A stretch of 64,000 nucleotides of DNA from Candidatus Gastranaerophilales bacterium (GCA_944323255.1 CALURU010000012.1:3459-67458); one strand, 5' to 3'; positions 30,718-39,961 are shown, counted from the first letter of the stretch. A program made the numbers and translations. Notes: generated by a model not told the origin, from the letters alone.

Positions 30718-31764
30718 GTGCAAAACGAATTTCAATTTGGACTAAAACAGAAGTTTAATATCAAGTGTGCAATAGATATGAGCGTGTTCGTACTGGCATG
30801 CGTTTTGTTTTTGTTTTTTGCAAAAATGAACCATGTGGCACCTTATGATACGTTTGTATTTCTTGTAATAATTATTTTGTTGAATGTTACTGTTCATATA
30901 ATATCTAAGCAGTGGATACAACGTTCTATAAGACAGGCAGTATTTTTGCAATCGAATTCTCTTGCGGAAACGACTTCGGAGTTTATGGACACTATAATGT
31001 CACAAAAACACATGTCTGAAACGCTCGCTTCTAACGCAAAGGCTCTTTCTTCTTCTATAGAAAAACTCAAAACATTGGCTTCGGAGTATTATACTACAAC
31101 AAAGAATGCCGAAAAGCAGGTTACGCAGTCAATCAATTTCTCGGAAAAAGAGCATGAATCTATCTCTTCTAATGCTGATAAAATGCTTATTTTGAGACAA
31201 AAGATTCAGATGATTGCTGAATTAATCCTTGAGCTTTCAGAACATTCACAGCAAATCGGAAGTACAATCAGCGTTGTAGATGATATTGCAGAGCAGACAA
31301 ACATGCTTGCGCTTAATGCTGCGGTTGAAGCTGCAAGAGCAGGCGAACATGGAAAAGGTTTCGCAGTTGTTGCGGGTGAAATCAGAAAGCTTGCTGATGA
31401 ATCAAAACAGGCTATTACCAAAATATCTTCTCTTACAAATAATATTCAGTGCACAACAAACTCTACGGTCATGGCAACAGAAGAGGGTTCAAAAGAGATT
31501 GAGTCTGTTGTTAAAGATATAAATGTAGTTTCTTCTAATTCTGAAACATTGTTGAATTTGATTAAGGAAATTTTAGATTCGCTTGAGATGCTCAGCCAGA
31601 ACGCAAAGAAGCAGAGTGATATTATTGAACGTCTTAATTCGATTGATGAGGAAACTTCTTCAATCGCAGAAAATCTTACTCAGACAATGTTATCAAATTC
31701 AGAAAAAATTTCTAAGCTGAATGCAATGTCGCAGAATATTAAAAATTCCGCCATTGATAATTAA
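30718..31764 (+). CDS. Methyl-accepting chemotaxis-like receptor lacking a periplasmic sensor domain
   Basis: Two adjacent TMs; hairpin tip [37 protein letters not shown]. Confidence 0.93.
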   Translation: MQNEFQFGLKQKFNIKCAIDMSVFVLACVLFLFFAKMNHVAPYDTFVFLVIIILLNVTVHIISKQWIQRSIRQAVFLQSNSLAETTSEFMDTIMSQKHMSETLASNAKALSSSIEKLKTLASEYYTTTKNAEKQVTQSINFSEKEHESISSNADKMLILRQKIQMIAELILELSEHSQQIGSTISVVDDIAEQTNMLALNAAVEAARAGEHGKGFAVVAGEIRKLADESKQAITKISSLTNNIQCTTNSTVMATEEGSKEIESVVKDINVVSSNSETLLNLIKEILDSLEMLSQNAKKQSDIIERLNSIDEETSSIAENLTQTMLSNSEKISKLNAMSQNIKNSAIDN

Positions 31765-31786
31765 TTGAATAAAAGAGGGCGGTACT

Positions 31787-34753
31787 TTGGATTTTCCGGG
31801 AAATGACAATAATAATAAAGAAATGTTTGCAATCTTCCAGGGTGAATCGGAGGAGATTATTGACCGTATTTTTGAGAGTCTGGATGCACTTGAAAAAACT
31901 CCTGCCAATAAGGATTTAATAGGATCAATTTACAGAGACCTGCACAGTATTAAAGGTGCGGTCAGAATGGTCGGATTTAATAATATTCAAAGTATTTTTC
32001 ACAAGATGGAAGATATCTTTGATGCAGTAAATAATGATCGTTTTGTGCTTGACAAAGAGATGATTCTTCTTATGTCACGCACACTGGAAACTGCTTCTAA
32101 GTATGTACAAGAATCCGTTAAAAATGAGCGTGAGATTATTGGAGAAGAGTTTACTGCGACTATTTCTAATCTTGAATATATTTTAGAAATAGAAATAAAT
32201 GAACAGACATTCAAACAGAATGAAGCTCTGGCATCTATTGTTGATATTGCGGAAAATCCGGCTGAATCGCAAGAACTTGCAAAGCATCAGGAGGAAATTA
32301 ACCAGTCCTTTAATAATTGTTTTGAAATAATTGACGGAATTGTTCCGGAGGAAGAAAGTCAGGATATTGTTCTTTTGAGGGAAGAGGTTCAGAAGATACA
32401 TAGTTTTTTCCTTGAATCCAACCTTTATGAAGTAAGAACTTCTCTGGAAAACATTCTTGCAAAGATTGATTTTGTAATGAATGCGACAAATACGCTTACA
32501 ATAAGCGAGATTTTGGAACTTAGAAATGAATTAAGCTCTGCTGCGGCAAAGTTTACAACCTCCTGCATTGAAACGGAAGAGGCAGGACTTACATTCTTTG
32601 ATGTTGCAGAAAAAATGTCTATGCTTCAGGGCAGCAGTATTTATGCAAAAGAAATTGAAAATGATATTTTGCAGCTAAAAGATGGCGTGTACGACCAGAA
32701 CATACTAGAAATTATAAATATGATTCTGGAAATTTTGCATTTTATTACAGATAACTCTGTTCAGCTGGAAGAGCAGATGACACTCACGCTCAAGAGTGCG
32801 ATGGAATATTGTGCTTCGCCGAATGAAAGCGTTGATAACGATTTAATATTACAGCAGCTTGAGATTATGAAACAGCTTCTGGATCTGAATTATAAAAAGG
32901 ATACGGAAGTCAGCGAGATTAAAAATATTTCAACCCAGACTTCCTCCGGCAATAAATCTGCTTCGTCTACAGAGATTAAAACTCTGCATGTTAACGCACA
33001 AAAGCTTGATTTGCTTGTTAATCAGCTTGGTGAACTTATTATTACAAAGATTAAAACTGAAAAAAATCTTGAGAAAATTGATTCTATTAAAAATGCAAAC
33101 GAAATTTGTCAGAAAGATTTACTTAAAACTTCTAATTATCTAAGATATTATAACCGCAAATATCTTCAGGCAAGTAGTACTGACCAATATACGGGGGTGT
33201 TTGTAAAGCAGGTTTTTTCACTTCTCCTTGATATTACACAAAATGTTTCAAGAACAATATACGACTTGAACTCGCTTTATCGTGCTTACAAAGAGGACGA
33301 TATGAAGATGAGATTAATTATAGATGAAATGGAATCTATGGTGAAAAATATTCGTGTTCTTCCTATTTCTACAGTGTTTAATTCTTTTTCTAGAATGGTT
33401 AGAGATATTGCGAATGAAAAAGGTAAGGATATTGATTTTGAAATAGAAGGTAAAGACACCTGCGCTGATAAAAAAATTATTGAAGAAATTAAAACGCCTT
33501 TGATTCATATTTTAAGAAACGCTATCGACCATGGTATTGAGACAAAGGAAGAGAGAATTGCAAACGGAAAAAGTCCTGTTGGAAGAATTCTTCTGTCTGC
33601 AAAACAGGATGATAATAAAGTTATTATTGATGTTTTTGATGACGGGCAGGGATTTAATCTGGAAAAAATTAAGGACAGAGCAGTTGCAAGAGGCTTCCTG
33701 ACGCAGGAAGATATCGACTCTATGACTGACGAAGCGATAATGAATATTATTTTCTGGCCGGGATTTACCACCGGAGATTCTATTACAAGTATTTCCGGTA
33801 GAGGGATAGGACTTGATGTCGTAAAAACAAAAATCTCACAGCTCAATGGTAAAGTTAAAGTTATATCAGAGTTCGGCCAAGGAAGCTGCGTGCACATAGA
33901 GATTCCTGTAACCCTGACAACTTTGAGAGTATTTCTTGTCCAGATTTCCGGTCAGACTTTTGCAATACCTATTCAGGTTATTACAACATTTATTCTTAAA
34001 AACCAGAATGAAATCAAAACTAATAATGGAATGCGGACAATAACTTATAATAACAGTATCATTCCTCTTTATTATCTGTCTGATATTCTTGATTTGGAGC
34101 CGATTCCAAGAGAGGATAAGGAGACAATACTTATTATTGAAGCTGATGATAAAACAATCGGGCTTGTAGTTGATAAATTGCTCGGCGATCAGGATATTTT
34201 GCAGAAAAAGTTATCACCGCCTCTTTATAAGGTTAAAAATATTTCAGGAATTACAAACCTTGCATCGGGCGAATTGTGCCTTATTCTAAATATGCAGGAT
34301 ATTATGCATTTTGATTTCAATAAGGCAGTTACTTCCGCAAATAATCCTAAGCTGCTTCCGTCAGATGTATTGTCTTACAAGCGAATTCTTATTGTTGACG
34401 ATTCAATAACAACGAGAACTATGATTAAGAATATTTTGCTGAATATCGGCTACATTGTTGATGCGGTGCTTGATGCAGAAGAAGCAATGGTTAAGCTGAA
34501 ACTTAATCATTATGATTTGATTATTACCGATCTAACTATGCCTAAGATTGACGGATACGAGTTTATCGAACGCTTAAAGAACGATGAAATGTATATGGAT
34601 ATTCCGATTATTGTCATGAGTTCTATGCCGGAGAAAAATGCAAGAGCTAAGCTGAATAAGGCTTATGTCGATTACTATATTTCAAAAGATAACTTTGACC
34701 AGAATGACCTTGCTAATCAGGTTAAGAAGATTTTGACCAAATACCATAATTAA
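31787..34753 (+). CDS. cheA: Hybrid CheA-CheY histidine kinase
   Basis: Hpt RDLHSIKG, dimerisation LDLLVNQLGEL, PLIHILRNAIDHG, GRGIGLDVVK, CheW domain, C-terminal REC ILIVDDS..IITDLTMP. Confidence 0.95.
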   Translation: MDFPGNDNNNKEMFAIFQGESEEIIDRIFESLDALEKTPANKDLIGSIYRDLHSIKGAVRMVGFNNIQSIFHKMEDIFDAVNNDRFVLDKEMILLMSRTLETASKYVQESVKNEREIIGEEFTATISNLEYILEIEINEQTFKQNEALASIVDIAENPAESQELAKHQEEINQSFNNCFEIIDGIVPEEESQDIVLLREEVQKIHSFFLESNLYEVRTSLENILAKIDFVMNATNTLTISEILELRNELSSAAAKFTTSCIETEEAGLTFFDVAEKMSMLQGSSIYAKEIENDILQLKDGVYDQNILEIINMILEILHFITDNSVQLEEQMTLTLKSAMEYCASPNESVDNDLILQQLEIMKQLLDLNYKKDTEVSEIKNISTQTSSGNKSASSTEIKTLHVNAQKLDLLVNQLGELIITKIKTEKNLEKIDSIKNANEICQKDLLKTSNYLRYYNRKYLQASSTDQYTGVFVKQVFSLLLDITQNVSRTIYDLNSLYRAYKEDDMKMRLIIDEMESMVKNIRVLPISTVFNSFSRMVRDIANEKGKDIDFEIEGKDTCADKKIIEEIKTPLIHILRNAIDHGIETKEERIANGKSPVGRILLSAKQDDNKVIIDVFDDGQGFNLEKIKDRAVARGFLTQEDIDSMTDEAIMNIIFWPGFTTGDSITSISGRGIGLDVVKTKISQLNGKVKVISEFGQGSCVHIEIPVTLTTLRVFLVQISGQTFAIPIQVITTFILKNQNEIKTNNGMRTITYNNSIIPLYYLSDILDLEPIPREDKETILIIEADDKTIGLVVDKLLGDQDILQKKLSPPLYKVKNISGITNLASGELCLILNMQDIMHFDFNKAVTSANNPKLLPSDVLSYKRILIVDDSITTRTMIKNILLNIGYIVDAVLDAEEAMVKLKLNHYDLIITDLTMPKIDGYEFIERLKNDEMYMDIPIIVMSSMPEKNARAKLNKAYVDYYISKDNFDQNDLANQVKKILTKYHN

Positions 34754-34792
34754 ATAAAAAAGTACTAGAGCCAGGTAGCGTTAAAGTCAGGG

Positions 34793-35416
34793 TCAGGAAA
34801 TTTTTGCAAAGTGTTTTCTTAGAAAAGACGGGCGGTGATATTTGCACAAACCGTATTTATCAATTGCATCAAGGTGCTCTTTGGTTAAATATCCGGCGTT
34901 TTTTGCCCAGTTATACATTGGAAATTCTTCGTGAAGCATTGTCATGTACCTGTCACGGCTGACTTTTGCAAGAATACTTGCCGCCGCAATTGAAGCGGAT
35001 TTGGAGTCACCTTTTATAATATATTGCTGTTTGGGTTTAAAATCCTTAATTAATTTGTTTCCGTCTACGAGGATTAAGGAATTTGAATCCGGATTTAAGG
35101 CAGAACAGGCAAGTTTCATTGCTTTGAGCGAAGAGTTCAGAATATTAATTTTCTCAATTTCATCGACTTCGACGCACACAATTTTATTCAAAGTGTTATT
35201 TTTTATAATGTCAAAAATTGATTCACGCTTTTTGGGAGTAAGTTTTTTGGAGTCATTAAGGATTGCAAGATCTTTTATTAAACCTTCCGTAACCTTTTCA
35301 AATTCTACTGCTGCGGCAAAGACCCCTCCGGCGGCCGGACCTCTGCCGGCTTCGTCTGTCCCGATTATCGGGCAGGAAAAAGATTTATCAAATTCAAATA
35401 ACTGTTCAGAGCTCAT
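34793..35416 (-). CDS. rnhB: Ribonuclease HII
   Basis: IIGTDEAGRGP, LNDSKKL, LVDGN, KGDSKSASIAAASILAKVSRD; ATG 35416 (ORF track extends to 35491). Confidence 0.97.
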   Translation of the reverse strand: MSSEQLFEFDKSFSCPIIGTDEAGRGPAAGGVFAAAVEFEKVTEGLIKDLAILNDSKKLTPKKRESIFDIIKNNTLNKIVCVEVDEIEKINILNSSLKAMKLACSALNPDSNSLILVDGNKLIKDFKPKQQYIIKGDSKSASIAAASILAKVSRDRYMTMLHEEFPMYNWAKNAGYLTKEHLDAIDKYGLCKYHRPSFLRKHFAKIS

Positions 35417-35447
35417 GCTGTTATTGTAATATAAAAATTGCTGAGGT

Positions 35448-36227
35448 TTAATAAATTTTTGAGAATGATAAAAAGAAATCAGAAATAACATTGATAAGCA
35501 TCGGAAGAATCCATATCATAATTGCAGCACCAAATACGGGTTTAAACAGGAAGCTTAATTGGAAAACGTTTACTTGCGGGGCTGTTTTTGAAATTACACC
35601 CAGAATAATATCCTGCCCGAGTGTTGCAAGAAGTACCGGAGAAGCTATTTGCAAACCCATATATAAAACATTGGATGTCATTTTGACAAGATAATCCAAG
35701 TTTACAATTTGCTCCAGCGGTATACTTACAGCATAAAGAGGAAATATCTCGAAACTCCTCACAAGCGCATTTATAAGCCAGTAAAACCCGCCGAGTTCCA
35801 TAAATATTACAAGTCCCAAAAGAGTAATCACACGGCTCAAGATAGAAGTTTGGCTGTTTGTCGTCGGATCCATTACCATTGCCGACGACAGACCCATCTG
35901 GGTGTTAATCATATCACCGCCGGCTTCTATTGCAAGGATTAATAACTGGGCTATGTAACCTATTATTGCTCCAACTGCAAAGTTTAGCAGTAAAAGAAGA
36001 AGCGGCGAAATCTCTGATGGAGGAATTCCAGGCTTCAAAAGCGGAGTAAGCATTACTGTCAGAATAAATACAAATGACAACTTAACAAGACCGGCTATTT
36101 CTCTGCGGTTAAAAATCGGTGCAAATCTGATAAAACCTAAAAGTCTTGCAAAGACAATAAATCCTGCAGAAAACCAGCGGTCAAATTCCGGAAATAATAT
36201 AGCAATCTGACGTATTAATTCATCCAT
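35448..36227 (-). CDS. fliR: Type III export gate protein FliR/SctT
   Basis: FARLLGFIRFAP, AGGDMINTQMGLS, IASPVLLATL..LGVISKTAPQVNVFQLSF. Confidence 0.93.
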   Translation of the reverse strand: MDELIRQIAILFPEFDRWFSAGFIVFARLLGFIRFAPIFNRREIAGLVKLSFVFILTVMLTPLLKPGIPPSEISPLLLLLLNFAVGAIIGYIAQLLILAIEAGGDMINTQMGLSSAMVMDPTTNSQTSILSRVITLLGLVIFMELGGFYWLINALVRSFEIFPLYAVSIPLEQIVNLDYLVKMTSNVLYMGLQIASPVLLATLGQDIILGVISKTAPQVNVFQLSFLFKPVFGAAIMIWILPMLINVISDFFLSFSKIY

Positions 36228-36228
36228 A

Positions 36229-36597
36229 TTACTGCTTTACCTCCGGCGGCAAATCGAGTTCAAAATTATAAACTTCACTCTCTGGCGGCTGATCTATTGC
36301 ATAAATCTCAAACCCTTTAGCATCGCTTATGTTTGTTTTATCTTCCGTAACCTCTATATTAAACATTACCTTGTCTTTACCGTTTTTCAGTACGCATAAT
36401 CTTGTCATGCCGGTTTTCAGAGGGTGCACAAAAAGCGTATTTTTTTCGTTCATTATTGTAAAAAGAGGGTAAACATCCACTATGTCATTTTTTTCAATAC
36501 TAATATCCGAAAGTTTGCCGTCAGTAATTATTACACAATCTTCAAAAGCTTGTGCGGGAAGGATTATTATACATAACAAAAATAAGAACTTCTTCAT
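36229..36597 (-). CDS. Secreted protein resembling the pilus-formation/secretin N-terminal Ig-like domain (T2SS-T3SS_pil_N)
   Basis: Signal peptide; ISIEKNDIVDV...NTLFVHPLKTGMTRLCV resembles the RcpA/CpaC N-domain pattern (recognised by eye). Confidence 0.5.
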   Translation of the reverse strand: MKKFLFLLCIIILPAQAFEDCVIITDGKLSDISIEKNDIVDVYPLFTIMNEKNTLFVHPLKTGMTRLCVLKNGKDKVMFNIEVTEDKTNISDAKGFEIYAIDQPPESEVYNFELDLPPEVKQ

Positions 36598-37085
36598 TAC
36601 CTGCCTAACATTTTATTAATCTCTACAAAGTTACCTTTTGGCATTGGTGCACGTGGAGCTGTATCATACTTAATCTTCTGGTTTTTATCTATATAAGGAA
36701 CTTTGCCGGGATTTTTCATAATATCATTGAAATTATCCTGATTTTTGAATGAATCTTTCATCTCACCCTCAAACGGTGTTGTGTACTTATAATAATCAGC
36801 CGGAAGAACAAAGCTGTCATTTTTAGGAACAGTGTTAAACGCCAGCGACATTCCTTCTGTAAACAAATTAGTCAAAAGTCTTATAAACCCCATGCCGCCT
36901 ATAATAATTACCAAAAAGACAGCAAAAATTTTCGGAGCAGCGGCGATTGTTTGTTCCTGAACCTGCGTTACAGCCTGAATAATACCTACGACAAGACCTA
37001 TTGCTGCAGCTGTCAGTACGCAAGGCATAGAGATTGCAAGCATTGTCATAAATCCTTTTGATAAATATTCAGTTAACATTTCCAT
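36597..37085 (-). CDS. fliQ: Export gate protein FliQ/SctS with ~75-aa C-terminal extension
   Basis: GLVVGIIQAVTQVQEQTIAAAPKI motif; 162 aa versus the usual ~90. Confidence 0.9.
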   Translation of the reverse strand: MEMLTEYLSKGFMTMLAISMPCVLTAAAIGLVVGIIQAVTQVQEQTIAAAPKIFAVFLVIIIGGMGFIRLLTNLFTEGMSLAFNTVPKNDSFVLPADYYKYTTPFEGEMKDSFKNQDNFNDIMKNPGKVPYIDKNQKIKYDTAPRAPMPKGNFVEINKMLGR

Positions 37086-37086
37086 T

Positions 37087-37387
37087 TTTTTAACCTTTCT
37101 TATCGGGCGGCATCGATTTTTATTCTGTATTTATTTTATTCCTACCCGTTGCCCTCTGCTGTTCGTACTACCTGTCTGACGTTGCGAAATTTTTAACCTT
37201 TCTTGTCGGGCAGAACCTGACCTGCAATTTTTAGTCACTTTTGCTTACCCCTCACCCTATCCCTCTCCCAACAGGGGCGAGGGGAAAAAGGCTTCCTAAC
37301 CGCATTATTCATTTGTCATTTATCTGGCAAAGCCTGACCTACAATTCTTAGTCACCCAGTCACTTATTCACTTTAACCACTATTCAC
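37087..37387. repeat. Mosaic repeat element between fliP and fliQ
   Basis: Duplicated TTTTTAACCTTTCTT(A/G)TCGGGC (37087, 37190); two inverted GTAG/GCAG hairpins (37204-37225, 37321-37342); CCCCTCACCCTATCCCTCTCCC..GGGGCGAGGGG (37248-37284); inverted GTGA octamers (37348-37387). Confidence 0.8.
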
Positions 37388-38025
37388 TAATTATAACTTT
37401 GCACCAAGCCCTGAACAATTAACGCCCATCCATCAACTGCAATAAATATAAGCAATTTGAACGGAAGTGAGATAATTGTTGGTGATAACATAAACATACC
37501 GAGTGCAAGAAGTATGTTTGCTACAACTAAATCTAATACAATGAACGGAACAAATACTATAAAACCGATTTCAAAAGCTGTTTTGAGTTCACTCAAAATA
37601 TACGCCGGAGCGACTTCCCAGAGGGTTATGTCTTCCGGACTCTTAGGAGGCGTTTTGTGTTTCAGCTCTACAAAAAACGCTAAATCGCTCTCTCTTGTTT
37701 GTTTCATCATAAATTCTTTCAGCGGTTTTGAACCTTCATTTATGGCTTCAATCAAGTTCTGGTTCTTCTGGTACGGAATCGAGCCCCTGTCATACATTTG
37801 CTGAAATACATTCCCCATTGTGTAAAAAGTTAGTATCATACATAAACCGATTGTAACAATCGCCGGCGGAACCTGTACACCCATAGCTGTTTTAAGAAGC
37901 GAAAATACTATCGTAAATCGCAAAAAACAGGTCATACAGCAAAAAACAAACGGTAATAACGAAAACAGTGTCATTACTGTCAGCATTTGCAAAACCGGAT
38001 TCATATCTTGTATTACTGATTCCAT
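37387..38025 (-). CDS. fliP: Export gate protein FliP/SctR, short form without signal peptide
   Basis: MTCFLRFTIVFSLLKTAMG..QVPP, PAYILSELKTAFEIGF..FVPFIVLDLVVANILLALGMFMLSPTIISLPFKL. Confidence 0.95.
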   Translation of the reverse strand: MESVIQDMNPVLQMLTVMTLFSLLPFVFCCMTCFLRFTIVFSLLKTAMGVQVPPAIVTIGLCMILTFYTMGNVFQQMYDRGSIPYQKNQNLIEAINEGSKPLKEFMMKQTRESDLAFFVELKHKTPPKSPEDITLWEVAPAYILSELKTAFEIGFIVFVPFIVLDLVVANILLALGMFMLSPTIISLPFKLLIFIAVDGWALIVQGLVQSYN

Positions 38026-38045
38026 TTTTTTACCTTTCGTTTTGC

Positions 38046-38150
38046 GTGAAGGGTGAAGAGTGAGGTGTGAAGGTTCATTATAGAAATTATTTAATTGTGA
38101 CTTGTTTTACTTATTAATATTTTTAATTGCTTGCTTCACTCTTCACACCT
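38046..38150. repeat. Forward GTGA heptamers x4 facing inverted copies, between fliO and fliP
   Basis: GTGAAGG GTGAAGA GTGAGGT GTGAAGG (38046-38073); gcttcac tcttcac (38133-38146). Confidence 0.8.
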
Positions 38151-38156
38151 TTCCCG

Positions 38157-38615
38157 TTACCTCATCTTTGAAGCCAAACTTCTTATCACTGATGTATAAG
38201 GCGTTTCTCTTCTGTTTGTTAACATGCTTGAGTTAATTCCGATATTGGATTTGTCCATATATTTTGATTTCGGAAGATTTGCCATTGTCTCCTGAAATGT
38301 CATCTTAGCTGTGTTTTCGCTTAAATCCAGATTTGACTTTGGTATGTCAGGAATAACCATCTCATCTTTTGCAGATTCCAGCTTTGAAATCAAAGCAGTT
38401 TTGCCCACGTCTCCTGCAATAAGAAATTTTTCTCTGCCGGTTGATATCACATACAATGTTTTTCTCGGAGCAATTGTGAGCGTATCCAAAACTTTTAAAT
38501 GCTTTGATTTGCACCCGCCGCCAAATGATGCGCTGTTTTTGAATATCAAAAGCGCAATTGAAATTACCCCAATCATTGCAAGCGTATATACCATAAAATT
38601 TGCTAAATATCCCAT
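38157..38615 (-). CDS. fliO: Flagellar biosynthesis protein FliO
   Basis: Single TM then LKVLDTLTIAPRKTLYVISTGREKFLIA; ATG 38615 after AGAGGA (ORF track 38699). Confidence 0.8.
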   Translation of the reverse strand: MGYLANFMVYTLAMIGVISIALLIFKNSASFGGGCKSKHLKVLDTLTIAPRKTLYVISTGREKFLIAGDVGKTALISKLESAKDEMVIPDIPKSNLDLSENTAKMTFQETMANLPKSKYMDKSNIGINSSMLTNRRETPYTSVIRSLASKMR

Positions 38616-38661
38616 AAAACTTCCTCTTTTAGTTAAGTTTTTACTGTTTTTTATTTGATTG

Positions 38662-39771
38662 TCAACCCTGGTTTTCGACTTCAAAATCGCTGTAGTCAAA
38701 ATCTTCTGCCGGAGTTGCGTCCTGTATTGTTCCGCCTTCCGCTTCTGGAGCAGAATGCTCTTCAGCGCCCGAAGCAGGAGTTGAGGACGAATCGTTAACT
38801 TTTTCTATCCTTACACCAAACCGGTCATTAATTATCACCAGTTCGCCGGATGCCACAAGTTTTCCGCCGACTTTCAGAGAAACTTTGTTGTCATAGACTG
38901 AACATAAATCTACAATTAGTCCCTCTTCAATACTTTTGAGTTCGCCTAAAGTTACTTTTACTTTATCAAATTCTGCCGACATATCAACTTGAATACTATC
39001 CCACAAATTAGTATTTGTATTATTTTCCATACTATCTCCTCCGCCGGTATCATACGGTTCTATTATTTTAATATTAGGTTTTATCTGAAATTTTTGTATA
39101 ATGTTGTTGCACACAAGCGTCATTTCGCTTGATAGGCTGTTTTCAAACACTACAATATCACCGATATCCAGTTTTTTTATATCGGCAACAGGAAACGTAG
39201 TTGTTCCGAGCAAAAGGTTAACTTCCACAAGGCTGTTAGAAAAGTCTTTGTCTTGAAACCTTGGTTCTTTTGCCTTCAAATCCTGAGGTTTAAGAATCTC
39301 TTTCGGAACTGATATGATAAATTTTGCTGCTGCATCTGATATTTCACTTTTGACAAAATAAGTAAGATGCAGGATTTCGTTGTATCTTCTGTGAGGTTCA
39401 ATTGTAAAATTCGGGGAAAGGTTTTCGTACAAAAAATCGTTAAATGCGGTTATTATTCTGGCTTCCAGCTCTGTAACCTCGGTCAGGTCAAACCTTCGGT
39501 TGTTTTTGCCCAGAACTTTATCCAAAATTACATTTATTGCTTCTTGAGAAATTCTTATGTATATGTCGTTTTTAGAATTAATTTTAATTTTGGTGACGAA
39601 AAATGTTTCATTTTGTGATAGTACGTTCATGTTTGTGCTGATAGAAGCAAGCTTGTATTCAAATCCGTCATAGAAAAATTCACTGCTGCAGTTTTTAACA
39701 ACAGGTGTAAACACGGAATCAAACCATGCAAATTGTCTATACAATTCATCAAAAAACACGGAATTTATCAT
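38662..39771 (-). CDS. fliM: FliM-FliN fusion (FliM middle domain plus two SPOA domains; SctQ-like)
   Basis: FliM-like LDKVLG..LTEVTELEARII; SPOA1 VEVNLLLGTTTFPVADIKKLDIGDIV; SPOA2 KVTLGELKSIEEGLIVDL..GKLVASGELVIINDRFGVRI. Confidence 0.82.
   Translation of the reverse strand: MINSVFFDELYRQFAWFDSVFTPVVKNCSSEFFYDGFEYKLASISTNMNVLSQNETFFVTKIKINSKNDIYIRISQEAINVILDKVLGKNNRRFDLTEVTELEARIITAFNDFLYENLSPNFTIEPHRRYNEILHLTYFVKSEISDAAAKFIISVPKEILKPQDLKAKEPRFQDKDFSNSLVEVNLLLGTTTFPVADIKKLDIGDIVVFENSLSSEMTLVCNNIIQKFQIKPNIKIIEPYDTGGGDSMENNTNTNLWDSIQVDMSAEFDKVKVTLGELKSIEEGLIVDLCSVYDNKVSLKVGGKLVASGELVIINDRFGVRIEKVNDSSSTPASGAEEHSAPEAEGGTIQDATPAEDFDYSDFEVENQG
39028..39042 (-). promoter_or_regulatory. Internal Shine-Dalgarno plus in-frame ATG for a FliN-sized product (38662-39030, 122 aa)
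   Basis: Minus strand GGAGGAG-ATAGT-ATG GAA AAT at codon 248, in the linker between the two SPOA domains. Confidence 0.7.
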
Positions 39772-39934
39772 ACTTAACCATTTCCCTACGGATAAACCTG
39801 CTCCTCACAAACATTTATCCCCAAGCTTATAATACATAATTATTTATATAAACACATCAACTGTTTGTATGAATTTTAATCAGGGTAAATAAGCAAGTGA
39901 TAAATGGATAGGAGGATTAATCGGAGTGCAAAAA

Positions 39935-39961
39935 GGGGCGGAATTTGAAAAATTCCGCCCC
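39935..39961 (-). terminator. glnA intrinsic terminator
   Basis: GGGGCGGAATTT-gaa-AAATTCCGCCCC with U-run on the minus strand. Confidence 0.85.

Noticed and set aside
35417-35491. Extended ORF-track starts (rnhB 35491, fliO 38699, radical SAM 41329, SLH 46099, 56307, 57254)
   Set aside because: They overlap neighbouring genes or lack an RBS; downstream ATGs give family-typical N-termini, most with a clear Shine-Dalgarno sequence.
39772-39860. Hairpin GGATAAA...TTTATCC with GAGGA in the fliM leader as a CsrA site or riboswitch
   Set aside because: It is a single weak stem and the GGA is not clearly in a loop, so support is insufficient.
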